64,000 bases of DNA from Candidatus Latescibacterota bacterium (lineage in GTDB: Bacteria > Latescibacterota > UBA2968), in contig OZ244960.1 in the NCBI GenBank assembly GCA_965222605.1, positions 5,120,001 to 5,184,000 on the forward strand, read 5' to 3'. The stretch's first letter is position 1, and each line of letters starts with the position of its first letter. Below, piece by piece: positions 9,485 through 19,917 of the stretch. The translations under genes and the position numbers were made by a program. The notes beneath the pieces are model-generated. The model searched no databases and was not told the DNA's origin. It saw only the letters and a list, made by a program, of their open reading frames with translations.

Positions 9485-10954
9485 ATGAATCGCGTAACCG
9501 ATCCCCGCGGGGAATCTCTAAAACTGATCGTCCCTTCCCAGACAGCCATCGGACAGCCGTTTACAGTCACTTTGGTCGCTTTTCTTCCAAATGGCAGGAC
9601 CAACTGGCATTACGACGGCACCTTGCACTTTGAGGTACTCTCAGATCCCAAGGTGCAAGGCGCTGGGCAAGTCCATGCGATCCCGGTTGCGGGTGGTGCT
9701 TTTAAGCATACTATGCGCTTGCTGACCGCCGGGTTGCACCGCATCTCCGTAAGAGATGAAGAGCGGGAGATGATCGCTCTTTCAAATGCCATTGTGGCCT
9801 ATGAAGATGCTCCTGAGTTGAATCTTTACTGGGGTGATATCCATATTCACGCAGGCGAAAGAAATCGGCATCAGGAAATTTCCGATGCGTACGCTTCCAT
9901 CGACTACAACTACCATTTTGGACGGCATGTAGCGGGTCTGGATTTTATGGCGCTGTCCGACCATGACCATCTCGGGTCCTGGAGGCGTGGTATCATTCCG
10001 ATATGGAACCGGTTCAAGAAAGCTGCGGAATACTTTTATCGTCCGGGTGAATTCGTCACCCTCCTGGGTTGGGAATGGACAAATGGTATCCACTTATGTC
10101 CGGGACGCCCTCAATATGGGCAAAAATGCGTCTATTTCAGGGATGGTGATGGTCCAATCTTCAGCGCGTCTGATCCCGGCAGCGACACGCCCGAAAAGCT
10201 GTACGATCACCTTCGGGCGCATCGTTGTTTTGTAATACCCCATCACGTTTCGGCACCGATCAATTTCTACAATGATTGGGACCATCACGACCCCGGCATT
10301 GAGCGCCTGGTGGAAATCTACTCGGGCTGGGGATGTGGAGAGCGCTCCGCCGGTGATGGCAACGCCTACCCGATTCGACCTGATCGCGAAGGTGACATGA
10401 AAGGCCACCATGTGATAGATGCACTTGCGCGAGGGCATACACTCGGGTTTACTGCCGGGGGAGATACGCATGATGCGGCGCCGGGAATCGGACATACATT
10501 TAATGGCCTTACCGGGAGGTTTGAGAACCAGCGTTGGGGGGGATTCAAGAAGCGGTATCGCCCCGGACTCCAGGGCGTGTGGGCGGAGGATCTCACGCGC
10601 GAGTCCATCTTTGAATCTATTTATTCCCGCCGGTCATACGGAACAACAGGTGCTCGCATCATTGTGAACACAGAACTGAACGGTGCGCCGATGGGAACAG
10701 TATTTGCTCTTCAGCCAGCCCATCCCTTCACCTATCGCGCTCATGTGGTCGGCACCAACAGATTGAAGCAACTCGAAATCGTTCGGAACGGAGAAACCGT
10801 ATATGTGAAGCAACCGGATTCAGAAACTTGCGACATCGAATTCACCGACCCCTTTCCCATAGACGACCGAGCTTACTACTACCTTCGCGTCACCCAAGAA
10901 GACAGTCACATGGCCTGGGCGAGTCCCCATTTTCTCCCGGGAAAGGCGGGTTGA
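9485..10954 (+). CDS. PHP-fold metallohydrolase, DUF3604/CehA-McbA-like (copy 1)
   Basis: WGDIHIH, LDF.ALSDH, GWEWT, IPHH, LVEIYSGWG, GFTAGGDTH, TRESIFE....RR.YGTTG, YYYLRVTQED..MAWASP. Confidence 0.8.
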   Translation: MNRVTDPRGESLKLIVPSQTAIGQPFTVTLVAFLPNGRTNWHYDGTLHFEVLSDPKVQGAGQVHAIPVAGGAFKHTMRLLTAGLHRISVRDEEREMIALSNAIVAYEDAPELNLYWGDIHIHAGERNRHQEISDAYASIDYNYHFGRHVAGLDFMALSDHDHLGSWRRGIIPIWNRFKKAAEYFYRPGEFVTLLGWEWTNGIHLCPGRPQYGQKCVYFRDGDGPIFSASDPGSDTPEKLYDHLRAHRCFVIPHHVSAPINFYNDWDHHDPGIERLVEIYSGWGCGERSAGDGNAYPIRPDREGDMKGHHVIDALARGHTLGFTAGGDTHDAAPGIGHTFNGLTGRFENQRWGGFKKRYRPGLQGVWAEDLTRESIFESIYSRRSYGTTGARIIVNTELNGAPMGTVFALQPAHPFTYRAHVVGTNRLKQLEIVRNGETVYVKQPDSETCDIEFTDPFPIDDRAYYYLRVTQEDSHMAWASPHFLPGKAG

Positions 10955-10999
10955 TATTTTGCAAAATTGGATTTACAAATGTCATAAGGAGCCGTATCT

Positions 11000-12430
11000 A
11001 TGAACCTATCAGGTTTTTTTATCGTGGCCCCATCTGTGGTCGGAATTGACGAGCCGTTCGAGCTGAAGCTCAAGCTTCTCGGAGACGTCCGGGAGATCCC
11101 TCCCGAATGCTTCCCTCTCAACCAGACCGAACCTCAATTGAGCAGCCGGTACAACCTGTCTCCAAGGGGACTGGCCTTCAAGGACAACGTCCTGCCCGAA
11201 TTCGAGGGTTCGATTGACCTTTCCGGCGGTGACGGCTATGAGGGGCCGGCCACTTATACATTTGAAGGGGGCCGTCGGCCTATTGCCGCCATACCTGGAA
11301 TCCGCTATACTCGGGAAGGCTTCCACTATATTACCGTTACGGCCAACGGGAAGCAGGCCCGCAGCAATCCCATCCGCGTCTGTCAGGCCCCCCCGGCAGA
11401 ACGCCTCTTCTGGGGAGACACCCACGCCCACACGATCTTCAGCGACGCTATTCGTTCCCCCGAGGAAGTCTATGGCTTTGCCCGCGACGAAGGATTTCTG
11501 GACTTGTTTTCAATGACCGATCACGCCGAAGCCCTGACAGATCGGCAGTGGGACTACTTCGTCAGCGTCGCAAACGACTACTATGAACCGGGCCGGTTTG
11601 CCACACTCTTGGCGCTTGAGTGGACCAATTTCGAAGTTGGCCACAGAAACGTTTACTACCCGGGCGACTACGGTCCTATACTTCGCGCTACAGACCCGCC
11701 CTACCAGGACCTGGAAGGCCTCTATCGAGCCGCCAGAGAACACGGTGCCCTCCTCGTCCCGCACCATTCGGCCAACACCCAGATGGGCGTCAAATGGCAC
11801 GCGGGGCACGACCCCGAAATGGAGCGCCTTGTAGAAATTCACTCCGTGTGGGCATGCAGCGAAAGGGCCGAACACCAGGGCAACCCTTACCCCATCCGGG
11901 TTCAGGACGGTGAAACTGACGGCCAGCACGTCATCGATGCTCTGAACCTGGGCTACCGGTTCGGCATCATTGGTAGCGGAGACATCCACGATGGAAGACC
12001 CGGAGACGATCTTTCCCGCCTGCAAAACATGGTACAATCCCATCTCACCGCACGGCAGGGTATTATGGGATTCTGGGCGAAGGAACTTACCCGTGAATCC
12101 GCATTCAAAGCCATGTGGAACCGCCGCGTTTTTGGTACCATGAATGTCCGCGTGTACCTCCGCTTCGAAGTCTGTGGCGCTTTTATGGGATCCACCATCA
12201 GGCACGACGGCTCCCGTCAGATCCGTTTGGAAGCTGCCAGTGAGTCCCCCTTCACGCTTATTGAGATTGTGCGGAACGGCGAAACCGTCCAGAAGATTGA
12301 ACCCGGCGAATGCGAAATTCTCTGGGATACGCAAGACAAGGGTTCGGGCGGCACGGACTACTACTATGGCCGCCTCATGCGAGAAGACGGCCAGATGGCG
12401 TGGTCCAGCCCGGTGTGGGTCGAGCCCTGA
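11000..12430 (+). CDS. PHP-fold metallohydrolase, DUF3604/CehA-McbA-like (copy 2)
   Basis: WGDTHAHT..SD, LD.FSMTDH, LEWT...GHRN, VPHH, LVEIHSVW, G.IGSGDIH.G.PG, MAWSSPVWV. AGGAG RBS. Confidence 0.8.
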   Translation: MNLSGFFIVAPSVVGIDEPFELKLKLLGDVREIPPECFPLNQTEPQLSSRYNLSPRGLAFKDNVLPEFEGSIDLSGGDGYEGPATYTFEGGRRPIAAIPGIRYTREGFHYITVTANGKQARSNPIRVCQAPPAERLFWGDTHAHTIFSDAIRSPEEVYGFARDEGFLDLFSMTDHAEALTDRQWDYFVSVANDYYEPGRFATLLALEWTNFEVGHRNVYYPGDYGPILRATDPPYQDLEGLYRAAREHGALLVPHHSANTQMGVKWHAGHDPEMERLVEIHSVWACSERAEHQGNPYPIRVQDGETDGQHVIDALNLGYRFGIIGSGDIHDGRPGDDLSRLQNMVQSHLTARQGIMGFWAKELTRESAFKAMWNRRVFGTMNVRVYLRFEVCGAFMGSTIRHDGSRQIRLEAASESPFTLIEIVRNGETVQKIEPGECEILWDTQDKGSGGTDYYYGRLMREDGQMAWSSPVWVEP

Positions 12431-12481
12431 TTCGCTCTGTGCCGCATCTTGCCCAGTGGTTGTCAGACTGTGGAGAAAACT

Positions 12482-13978
12482 ATGGATAGAGTGATCATTG
12501 CAGAGTGCAAGCAGGAAGTCTCGACGTTTAATCCCGTGCCCAGCCAGTACGACGATTTTCGAATCGTGCGTGGGCCTGACATGCTCGATTTCCATCGCGG
12601 CGTCGGTCAAGAAGTCGGCGGTGCCCTGAGCGTTTTGGACCGGGAAGAATCGCTTCACCTCGTGCCCACATACGGAGCATGTGCAAACACGTCTGGAGGT
12701 GTGCTTTCAAAAGACGGATTTGACCGTTTGAGCGATGAGTTTCTCAAAAGTATCCGGGGTGTCGGTGAGGTGGATGGGGCTTATTTCTCGCTTCACGGTG
12801 CCATGCAGGCCGAGAATGAAAATGATCCCGAAGGCTACCTGTTGCAAGAAGCCCGCCGCATCCTCGATGACCAGATTCCGATTGTGGTATCCCTGGACCT
12901 GCACGGTATCCTCACTGATCGGATGCTCGAGCACTGTGACGCTGTCGTCACGTACCACACCTATCCGCATATCGACTTCGTCGAAACAGGAAAGCGCGCG
13001 GCCTCCCTGCTGATCAGAATGCTGGATGGAAACATCCGCCCCGTGACTGCAAGAGTCAAGATTCCGGCGCTGGTGCGTGGCGATGAAATGATTACCGAGA
13101 CCGGGGCAATTCGCGAATGTATTCAGTTGGCGAAGCGGATCGAAGCCAGCGAAGCGGGTCTTTCTGCTGGCGTGATGTGGGGAAACCCGTTCACCGATGT
13201 CCCGGAGCTTCGAACAAATAGTATCGTTGTCATGGATGGCGATGAAGCCGCCGCCACCCAATACGCGGTGGATCTGGCAAACCGGTTCTGGAAGCATCAC
13301 AAAAAGATGCAGGTGCCCCTGACCAGCCTTGAAGAAAGCGTCCGGCTCGCTGCCGAAGTCGATTCTGGAACCGTCGTCATGATGGATGCAGCCGACGCGA
13401 CCAGTTCTGGTGCATCGGGTGACAGCAACGCCATTGTGCGAGAACTGATGCGCCAAAAATATCCCGGGAGAGTCCTTGCTCCGGTCGTGGACCCCGCCGC
13501 CGCCCAGAAAGCTTTCGACGCGGGTATAGGCGCCACTATCCGCACCACCTTAGGCGGCGCATTCGACAGGGCCAGGTACGAACCGCTGGAAATAGAGGCC
13601 CGGGTCCACCTGCTTTCAGACGGCGTTTTTCGCAGCGAGTCCTTCGGCTGGCACTGGAATTCGGGAAATACCGCTGTCCTCAAGGCGGATAACCATACTC
13701 TTGTGGTCGGTACAAGGCCAGTCAGCCTGTTTGACCGATCGTGGTTTTACGCTCATGGACAGGATCCAAAGAAATTCGACCTGGTTGTCGTAAAGTCGCC
13801 TCATTGCGAGCCCCATATGTTTGCCGACTGGTGCGCGAAGTTGATCAATGTCGACGCCCCCGGAGCGACGAGCGCGAACTTACAGAGCCTCGGACATACG
13901 ATTTGTAATCGACCGATTTTTCCGCTGGATGATGTCGTGGAATTTCATCCGGCAGCGGATATATTTCGTCGGAATTAA
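12482..13978 (+). CDS. M81-family metallopeptidase (MlrC-like)
   Basis: QE.STFNP, SLHGAM...DPEG, SLDLHG, YHTYPHID, D.AD...GASGD, VVVKS..H, VDAPG, RPIFPLD. ATG at 12482 follows GGAG. Confidence 0.85.
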   Translation: MDRVIIAECKQEVSTFNPVPSQYDDFRIVRGPDMLDFHRGVGQEVGGALSVLDREESLHLVPTYGACANTSGGVLSKDGFDRLSDEFLKSIRGVGEVDGAYFSLHGAMQAENENDPEGYLLQEARRILDDQIPIVVSLDLHGILTDRMLEHCDAVVTYHTYPHIDFVETGKRAASLLIRMLDGNIRPVTARVKIPALVRGDEMITETGAIRECIQLAKRIEASEAGLSAGVMWGNPFTDVPELRTNSIVVMDGDEAAATQYAVDLANRFWKHHKKMQVPLTSLEESVRLAAEVDSGTVVMMDAADATSSGASGDSNAIVRELMRQKYPGRVLAPVVDPAAAQKAFDAGIGATIRTTLGGAFDRARYEPLEIEARVHLLSDGVFRSESFGWHWNSGNTAVLKADNHTLVVGTRPVSLFDRSWFYAHGQDPKKFDLVVVKSPHCEPHMFADWCAKLINVDAPGATSANLQSLGHTICNRPIFPLDDVVEFHPAADIFRRN

Positions 13979-14060
13979 ATAGGACATAGACATCACTAAC
14001 ACATATATTGGATCACCCTCGCTTCCATCAGGCATTGGAACTGACACAGAAAGGGCACCT

Positions 14061-15791
14061 ATGCTAAACGCCAACCAGATCGACCCCATCCGATTTGAAG
14101 TCATCCGAAATGCGCTGTCCGAAGCCACGGAAGAAATGGCGATTGCCCTGCGCCGCAGTGCTTACTCCACCAATATCAAAACCCGAGCCGACTTCTCCTG
14201 TGTCCTCTTTGATAGCCGGGTTCGAGTCGTCGCCCAGGCCTTCGCGCAGCCCGTCCACCTCGGCTCCCTGTCCTTACTTGTCCCCCGGATGGTGGAAGCA
14301 TACGGGGCTGAAAATCTGGGCCCCGGCGACGCCATCCTGGCCAACGATCCCTACCTGGGTGGTGTACACCTGAATGACATCACCCTCATTTCACCAGTGT
14401 ACCACAACAACACTTGCCTGGGGTATGTTGCCAACCTGGCTCACCATGTGGATGTAGGTGGAGGGTCCCCTGCGAGCATCGGTGCTTTCAGGGAAGTCTT
14501 CCAGGAGGGCGTAATCATACCGCCAGTCAAGCTCGTTGAGCGGGGCGAACTCGTCACCGATATCTTCAATCTCATCCTCGCGCAAATTCGTTCGAAACGC
14601 GAAATGGCAGGCGATCTGCGTGCCCAAATCGCAGCCAACAACACAGGTGTTCGCCGCTTATGTGCCCTCGCCGATCGCATAGGCGGCGACACGGTGTCGT
14701 TCTATATTCGTGAATTGATTGCCTACACGGAACGTCGCACGCGCGTGGAAATTAGAAATTTGCCGAATGGCGATTTTTCGGCCGATGGACAGGTGGATAA
14801 CGACGGTTTTACGGACCGGCCAGTACACCTTGCCGCACGAATCAGCATTCAGAATGATCAGATATTCTTCGATTTTACCGGCTCTGACGTTCAGCGTAGC
14901 GCTCCGGTGAATTCAACCGCGGCGATGACTTTTTCCGCCTGTGCCTATGTTCTCAAGTGCCTCATTGACCCGGATGTGCCAGTCAATGCGGGTTTCTATA
15001 ATACGGTTCAAATGGTCGCGCCCGAGGGAACGGTCGTCAACTGTTCTCCCCACGCACCGGTTGTAGGAGGCTGGGAGACTCAATTACGGCTAACAGATGT
15101 CATGCTAAGGGCCCTGGCCCCCGCATTTCCCGATCACATCCCAGCAGGTACCAAAGCCATGGTATGTCATGCGGGATTCGGCGGAATCATCGCCGGCACA
15201 GGCGAGTATTACTGCTTTTTGGAAACCCTGGGCGGTGGCTATGGTGGTCGTGCCGCGAGCGATGGGCCGGACGCCGTTCAGACTCATGGGCAGAACACCG
15301 AAAATGCACCCATTGAGGAAACAGAAATCAACTATCCGGTACGCATCGCGCGCTACGAACTGGTCGAAAACTCTGAAGGTCCTGGTAAATTCCGGGGCGG
15401 ATTGGGCCTCCGGCGTGACTATCTCTTCCCCGACGATGAAGCCTCCTTCACCATCCTCGCCGACCGCGACAGGAAGGGCCCCTGGGGCCTATTCGGCGGC
15501 AAACCTGGCCGCACTGCCAGTTATTTTCTCAACTCGAACGGAAAAACTGTCCGACTCGGTTCGAAAACCACCGTTCAGATCCAACCGGGAGACATTGTCA
15601 GCTATCGCACCTGCGGTGGCGGCGGCTACGGTCTGCCCGCAGAGCGGGATCCCGAACGCGTGTTGCGCGACGTTCGAAACGGTATGGTCAGCCGGGAGCG
15701 AGCAAGGGAGATCTACCGAACGGAGATCGATACGGAGACCTGGCGTGTGAACGATGGAGAAACGATGAGGTTGCGGAGCGAGACTACCTGA
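14061..15791 (+). CDS. hyuB: Hydantoinase B/oxoprolinase-family subunit (pair 1)
   Basis: DPI.FEVIRNAL....EEM...L.R.AYS, PVHLGS, NDPY.GG.HLND, HHVDVGG, EG..IPP.KL, DFTGS, GGG.G...DG, GPGKFRGG.G, GGGGYG.P.ER. Symbol is family-level only. Confidence 0.9.
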   Translation: MLNANQIDPIRFEVIRNALSEATEEMAIALRRSAYSTNIKTRADFSCVLFDSRVRVVAQAFAQPVHLGSLSLLVPRMVEAYGAENLGPGDAILANDPYLGGVHLNDITLISPVYHNNTCLGYVANLAHHVDVGGGSPASIGAFREVFQEGVIIPPVKLVERGELVTDIFNLILAQIRSKREMAGDLRAQIAANNTGVRRLCALADRIGGDTVSFYIRELIAYTERRTRVEIRNLPNGDFSADGQVDNDGFTDRPVHLAARISIQNDQIFFDFTGSDVQRSAPVNSTAAMTFSACAYVLKCLIDPDVPVNAGFYNTVQMVAPEGTVVNCSPHAPVVGGWETQLRLTDVMLRALAPAFPDHIPAGTKAMVCHAGFGGIIAGTGEYYCFLETLGGGYGGRAASDGPDAVQTHGQNTENAPIEETEINYPVRIARYELVENSEGPGKFRGGLGLRRDYLFPDDEASFTILADRDRKGPWGLFGGKPGRTASYFLNSNGKTVRLGSKTTVQIQPGDIVSYRTCGGGGYGLPAERDPERVLRDVRNGMVSRERAREIYRTEIDTETWRVNDGETMRLRSETT

Positions 15792-15816
15792 TCATCGGTT
15801 CTGAAGGAACATAAAA

Positions 15817-17904
15817 ATGGCGTACCGACTGGGCATTGACATTGGTGGAACATTCACAGATGCAACGCTCATTGATGAAGAAACTGGAGACGTCCGTGTC
15901 GGTAAGGTGTCGTCCACACCGCGGGACCCTTCCCTCGGATTTATGGAAGCCACCCGTCGAATTCTGGGCGAAGCAGAAATTGAACCGACTAAAGTGGGCT
16001 ATATCGTACACGGAACCACAGTGGTCACCAATGCAATTATCGAAGGCAAAACCGCTCGGACTGGTTTTATCACCACCGGTGGCTTCCGCGATCTGCTTGA
16101 AATCGCGCGCCAGATCCGTCCGTCGCTTTACGACCTGCAGTTTGAAAAGCCCCGTCCGCTGGTACCGCGCTACCTCTGCTTCGGTGTGCCGGAGCGTCTG
16201 GATGCGAGGGGAAAGATTCTCGAACCTCTCGATGAAAAAGCCGTCTCCGTCACGGCGAGCCAACTGCGCCGGGAGGGTGTGGAATCGATCGCGGTCTGTC
16301 TGCTTCACGCCTACGCCAATCCTGCCCACGAGCAGCAAGTCGGAGAGATCCTGAGAAGGGACTTTCCCGAAGCGATGGTGTCGCTGTCTTCGGAAGTATC
16401 ACCGGAATTCCGGGAGTATTTCCGGGCCAGTACCACCGTCATCAACGCCTGTATCCGGCCTGTTGTTGCGCGCTACCTGGAAAACATCCAGGCTCGGTTG
16501 CGAGAAGAAGGGTTAACGGCGCAACTTTTGGTGATGCAAAGCAGCGGAGGAGTTCTGACCTTTGGAGCGGCAGCTAAAAAACCGGTTTTTCTCGTCGAAT
16601 CAGGTCCCGCGGCCGGAGTGATCGCAGCTACCTATCTGGGCGATACACTGGGTCATCCCAACGTGATCTCTTTTGATATGGGAGGGACAACGGCCAAAGC
16701 GGGTCTCGTACAGGACGGTCGGCCCCAGGTGACCAAGGATTACGAGGTCGGGGCTACCGCTCAGGCGGGTGTAGGTGGGGCAAGAGGCGGGGGATATCCC
16801 ATCCGCACGCCCGTCATCGACCTGGTGGAAATCGGTGCCGGCGGGGGGTCGATCGCCTGGATAGATCCGGGTGGTGTGTTGCGGGTGGGGCCGCACAGCG
16901 CGGGAGCCGATCCCGGTCCGGTATGCTACGGAAAGGGCGGCGAAGAGCCCACGATCACCGATGCCAACCTGGTGTTGGGGCGCCTCAATCCGGATTATTT
17001 TTTGGGCGGTGAGATCGCACTGAACGCGGAAGCCGCTCGAAAGGCGATTCAGCAGAAATGCGCTGCTCCCCTGGGACTGGACCCCGTAGAAGCCGCCCAC
17101 GGGATTGTGGAAATCGCCAACGCGGCCATGGTCAACGCCCTCCGGCTGGTTTCTGTTCAGCGGGGATACGATCCGAGAGAATTCGTGTTGGTGGCCTTCG
17201 GCGGGGCCGGTCCGGTACATGCCTGCCGCCTGGCGGCAGAAATGGAGATTCCGACCATCCTGATTCCGATGAGTCCAGGAACCACTTCGGCGATGGGCTT
17301 GCTCGTGACAGATCTCAAGCACGACTACTCGACAACATTCATATGCCAGGTAGATAAGCTGGATCTCAAAGAGGTGGCGACAGCGTTCAGCAATATGGAA
17401 CAACAGGGGAGGGCGATACTGGAGGAAGAAGGAGTGCAGGACAAGGACAAGGACTTCCTCCGCCAGGTAGATATGCGCTATGTAGGCCAAAGCTATGAAC
17501 TGACCGTGCCGCTTTCTGGAACTGAATTCACACCAGCCGAGATTGAAACCTTGCTGGTCCACTTTCATCGGGAACACGACCGGGCCTACGGATACAGCGC
17601 CCCTGAAGAACCTGCGGAATTTGTCAATCTCCGCCTTTCAGCAATCGGCCGAATCGCAAAACCCCGGCTCCGCAGTCTCGATTCAAATTTGGACGCTCCG
17701 GCTCTCAAAACCAGCCGGCCCGTTTACTTTTCCGAACGCAACGGATTTGTGGATTGTCCGATTTACGACCGCTATACCCTCGCCTCGGGGAACATCGTGG
17801 ATGGCCCTGCGATCGTTGAAGAAATCGATTCCACGACCGTTATCCACCCCGGGTACCGAGGAGCCGTAGATACGTACGGGAACCTGATTTTGACCAGGGA
17901 ATGA
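15817..17904 (+). CDS. hyuA: Hydantoinase A/oxoprolinase-family ATP-binding subunit (pair 1)
   Basis: GIDIGGTFTD, HGTTV.TNA, ESGPAAG, FDMGGTTAK, EIGAGGGS, SAGADPGP.CY, FGGAGP.HA, DMRY.GQ..EL. Symbol is family-level only. Confidence 0.9.
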   Translation: MAYRLGIDIGGTFTDATLIDEETGDVRVGKVSSTPRDPSLGFMEATRRILGEAEIEPTKVGYIVHGTTVVTNAIIEGKTARTGFITTGGFRDLLEIARQIRPSLYDLQFEKPRPLVPRYLCFGVPERLDARGKILEPLDEKAVSVTASQLRREGVESIAVCLLHAYANPAHEQQVGEILRRDFPEAMVSLSSEVSPEFREYFRASTTVINACIRPVVARYLENIQARLREEGLTAQLLVMQSSGGVLTFGAAAKKPVFLVESGPAAGVIAATYLGDTLGHPNVISFDMGGTTAKAGLVQDGRPQVTKDYEVGATAQAGVGGARGGGYPIRTPVIDLVEIGAGGGSIAWIDPGGVLRVGPHSAGADPGPVCYGKGGEEPTITDANLVLGRLNPDYFLGGEIALNAEAARKAIQQKCAAPLGLDPVEAAHGIVEIANAAMVNALRLVSVQRGYDPREFVLVAFGGAGPVHACRLAAEMEIPTILIPMSPGTTSAMGLLVTDLKHDYSTTFICQVDKLDLKEVATAFSNMEQQGRAILEEEGVQDKDKDFLRQVDMRYVGQSYELTVPLSGTEFTPAEIETLLVHFHREHDRAYGYSAPEEPAEFVNLRLSAIGRIAKPRLRSLDSNLDAPALKTSRPVYFSERNGFVDCPIYDRYTLASGNIVDGPAIVEEIDSTTVIHPGYRGAVDTYGNLILTRE

Positions 17905-17968
17905 CCCGGACGCCTCCGGGACAATGCTCAGGGCACAGGGGAGAGCGAGACTTCTGGAATACACTGAT

Positions 17969-19897
17969 ATGGCAGAGGAGCAAAGGGTGCCTCATACTGA
18001 AGCTGAATACGGAATCGTCCTGTCGAAAAACGTCATGGTCTCCATGCGGGACGGTACTCGTCTGGCCACAGATATTTACCGTCCGGCACGCAATGGAGAT
18101 CCATTGCCGGGGCCCTTTCCCACAATTCTGTGTCGCACTCCGTATGACAAATCCGATGCACGCTATGCAGAAATAGGAGACTTTTTTGCGCCACACGGGT
18201 ATGTGACCGTGCTCCAGGACCTGCGAGGCCGATATCGTTCCGAAGGTTTGGGTCAGTACTTCCATGTTGCCAACATCAACGACGGCCTGGACGGCTATGA
18301 CACAGTAGAATGGATCGCTGCCCAGCCATGGTCAAACAAACGCGTGGGGGCTGTTGGCAGTTCTTTCGCAGCCCTGGTGCAGACACGAATGGCGTTTCAC
18401 CGTCCGCCGCATCTCACCGCCATCTGGCCAGACGTAACACCCATCAACAGCTATCACCACCAGGCACGAGAAGGCGGGGCCATGCAGATGCACATGTTCT
18501 GGGCGCTTTTCCTCCATGCTCAGGACGCACAGGAAATCCAGAATGACCCTGAAGCGCAGGACGCTGTTTGGAATGATCTCCAGCGGATTCGCGAGCTTCT
18601 CGTTTCAACACCGTTTCAGCCCGGTCAAACTGCTCTATCCGCAGTTCCCAACCTCGAAAAAACGCTTTTTGACTACTATCATCGGGGGGAGTACGATAGT
18701 TTCTGGGAGCGGGAATACAACGATTTCGAGCGAAATTTCGAACGCCACGCAGACATTCCCGGCACCTATTCAAGCGGCTGGTACGACCCGTACGCGGTAG
18801 CCATCACGGCCTATTTTGCCGCAATGGCCGAACAAAACTCTTCGCCGCAACGACTGGTGATGGGCCCCTGGAATCACGTGGGGATGAGAGGAGATTCTTC
18901 TTTTACGGGAGATGTAGATTTTGGGTCTGACAGTGTTTGGGGTGTAAGCCGCTACTTCGAAGAGCAACGCCGGTTTTTTGACGCATGGCTAAGAGACATG
19001 CCTTCAGGAAAGGAAGACGACCCACCTGTGAGTATATTTGTGATGGGCGGAGGGACAGGTCGCAAAACAGACGAGGGGAAATACCATCACGGAGGTAGAT
19101 GGCGCCGTGAGTGGGAGTGGCCACTGGCCCGTACTCGTACCATCCAGTACCACTTTCATTCGCAAGGCTTACTGAGTACGGATGAGCCTGATGAGGAAAG
19201 CCCTCCCCTGTCCTTCACCTACGATCCCGCCAATCCGGTACCTACGATTGGAGGCAGTCTGTGCGGTATTATGGAACTCCCGAAGGATGATGGAGACCTG
19301 GACCAGATGTGGAGCCGGTTTCTCTCTCCGGTCACGCGACTGCGCAACATCGTTATTCCTGGGCCGGCCCATCAAAAGGAATCTGCCGACGTATTTGGCG
19401 CGAATCCCCCCTACCAGCTTTTGGCGGATCGGCCAGATGTGCTGGTCTTTCAGACCTCTCCTCTGGAGGAGGATCTGGAAGTAACCGGATCCGTCATCGT
19501 CACATTGTGGATTTCTTCCTCGGCTCCCGATACCGATTTCACCGCGAAGCTCATTGACCTTGCGCCGGCCAACGATGACTATCCGGGCGGATATGCAATG
19601 AACCTCGTGGATTCCGTGATTCGCACGCGGTATCGAAATAGCTGGGAACAGGAAGAACTCATGGAACCTGGTGAAGTCTATCGGGTTCAGATTCCTCTGC
19701 CCCCAACCAGTAATTTGTTTCAGGCCGGGCATCGGATTCGGATCGACATATCCAGTAGCAATTTCCCTCGCCTGGACCTGAATCCCAATACGGGCGAACC
19801 GATGGGAAGGCATACACACACGGTACCCGCGCGCAACACGGTATATATGGACAAGCATCGGCCGTCGGGCGTGCTTCTGCCGACGATCCCCGTCTAA
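17969..19897 (+). CDS. CocE/NonD-family serine hydrolase (copy 1)
   Basis: MRDG.RLATDIYRP, RTPYDK, QDLRGRY.SEG, DGYDTVEW, GSSF nucleophile elbow, GWYD, GPWNH, SS.PDTDF, GHRIR.DISSSNFP. An alternative ATG lies at 17924. Confidence 0.9.
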   Translation: MAEEQRVPHTEAEYGIVLSKNVMVSMRDGTRLATDIYRPARNGDPLPGPFPTILCRTPYDKSDARYAEIGDFFAPHGYVTVLQDLRGRYRSEGLGQYFHVANINDGLDGYDTVEWIAAQPWSNKRVGAVGSSFAALVQTRMAFHRPPHLTAIWPDVTPINSYHHQAREGGAMQMHMFWALFLHAQDAQEIQNDPEAQDAVWNDLQRIRELLVSTPFQPGQTALSAVPNLEKTLFDYYHRGEYDSFWEREYNDFERNFERHADIPGTYSSGWYDPYAVAITAYFAAMAEQNSSPQRLVMGPWNHVGMRGDSSFTGDVDFGSDSVWGVSRYFEEQRRFFDAWLRDMPSGKEDDPPVSIFVMGGGTGRKTDEGKYHHGGRWRREWEWPLARTRTIQYHFHSQGLLSTDEPDEESPPLSFTYDPANPVPTIGGSLCGIMELPKDDGDLDQMWSRFLSPVTRLRNIVIPGPAHQKESADVFGANPPYQLLADRPDVLVFQTSPLEEDLEVTGSVIVTLWISSSAPDTDFTAKLIDLAPANDDYPGGYAMNLVDSVIRTRYRNSWEQEELMEPGEVYRVQIPLPPTSNLFQAGHRIRIDISSSNFPRLDLNPNTGEPMGRHTHTVPARNTVYMDKHRPSGVLLPTIPV

Positions 19898-19917
19898 GCA
19901 TTCATTGGAGAGAACAC

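Noticed and set aside
18350-18375. GSSF instead of GxSY in CocE copy 1 as a sign of inactivity
   Set aside because: The catalytic Ser, the Asp (GWYD), the His (GPWNH) and the RTPY Tyr are retained; the residue after Ser contributes mainly through its backbone.
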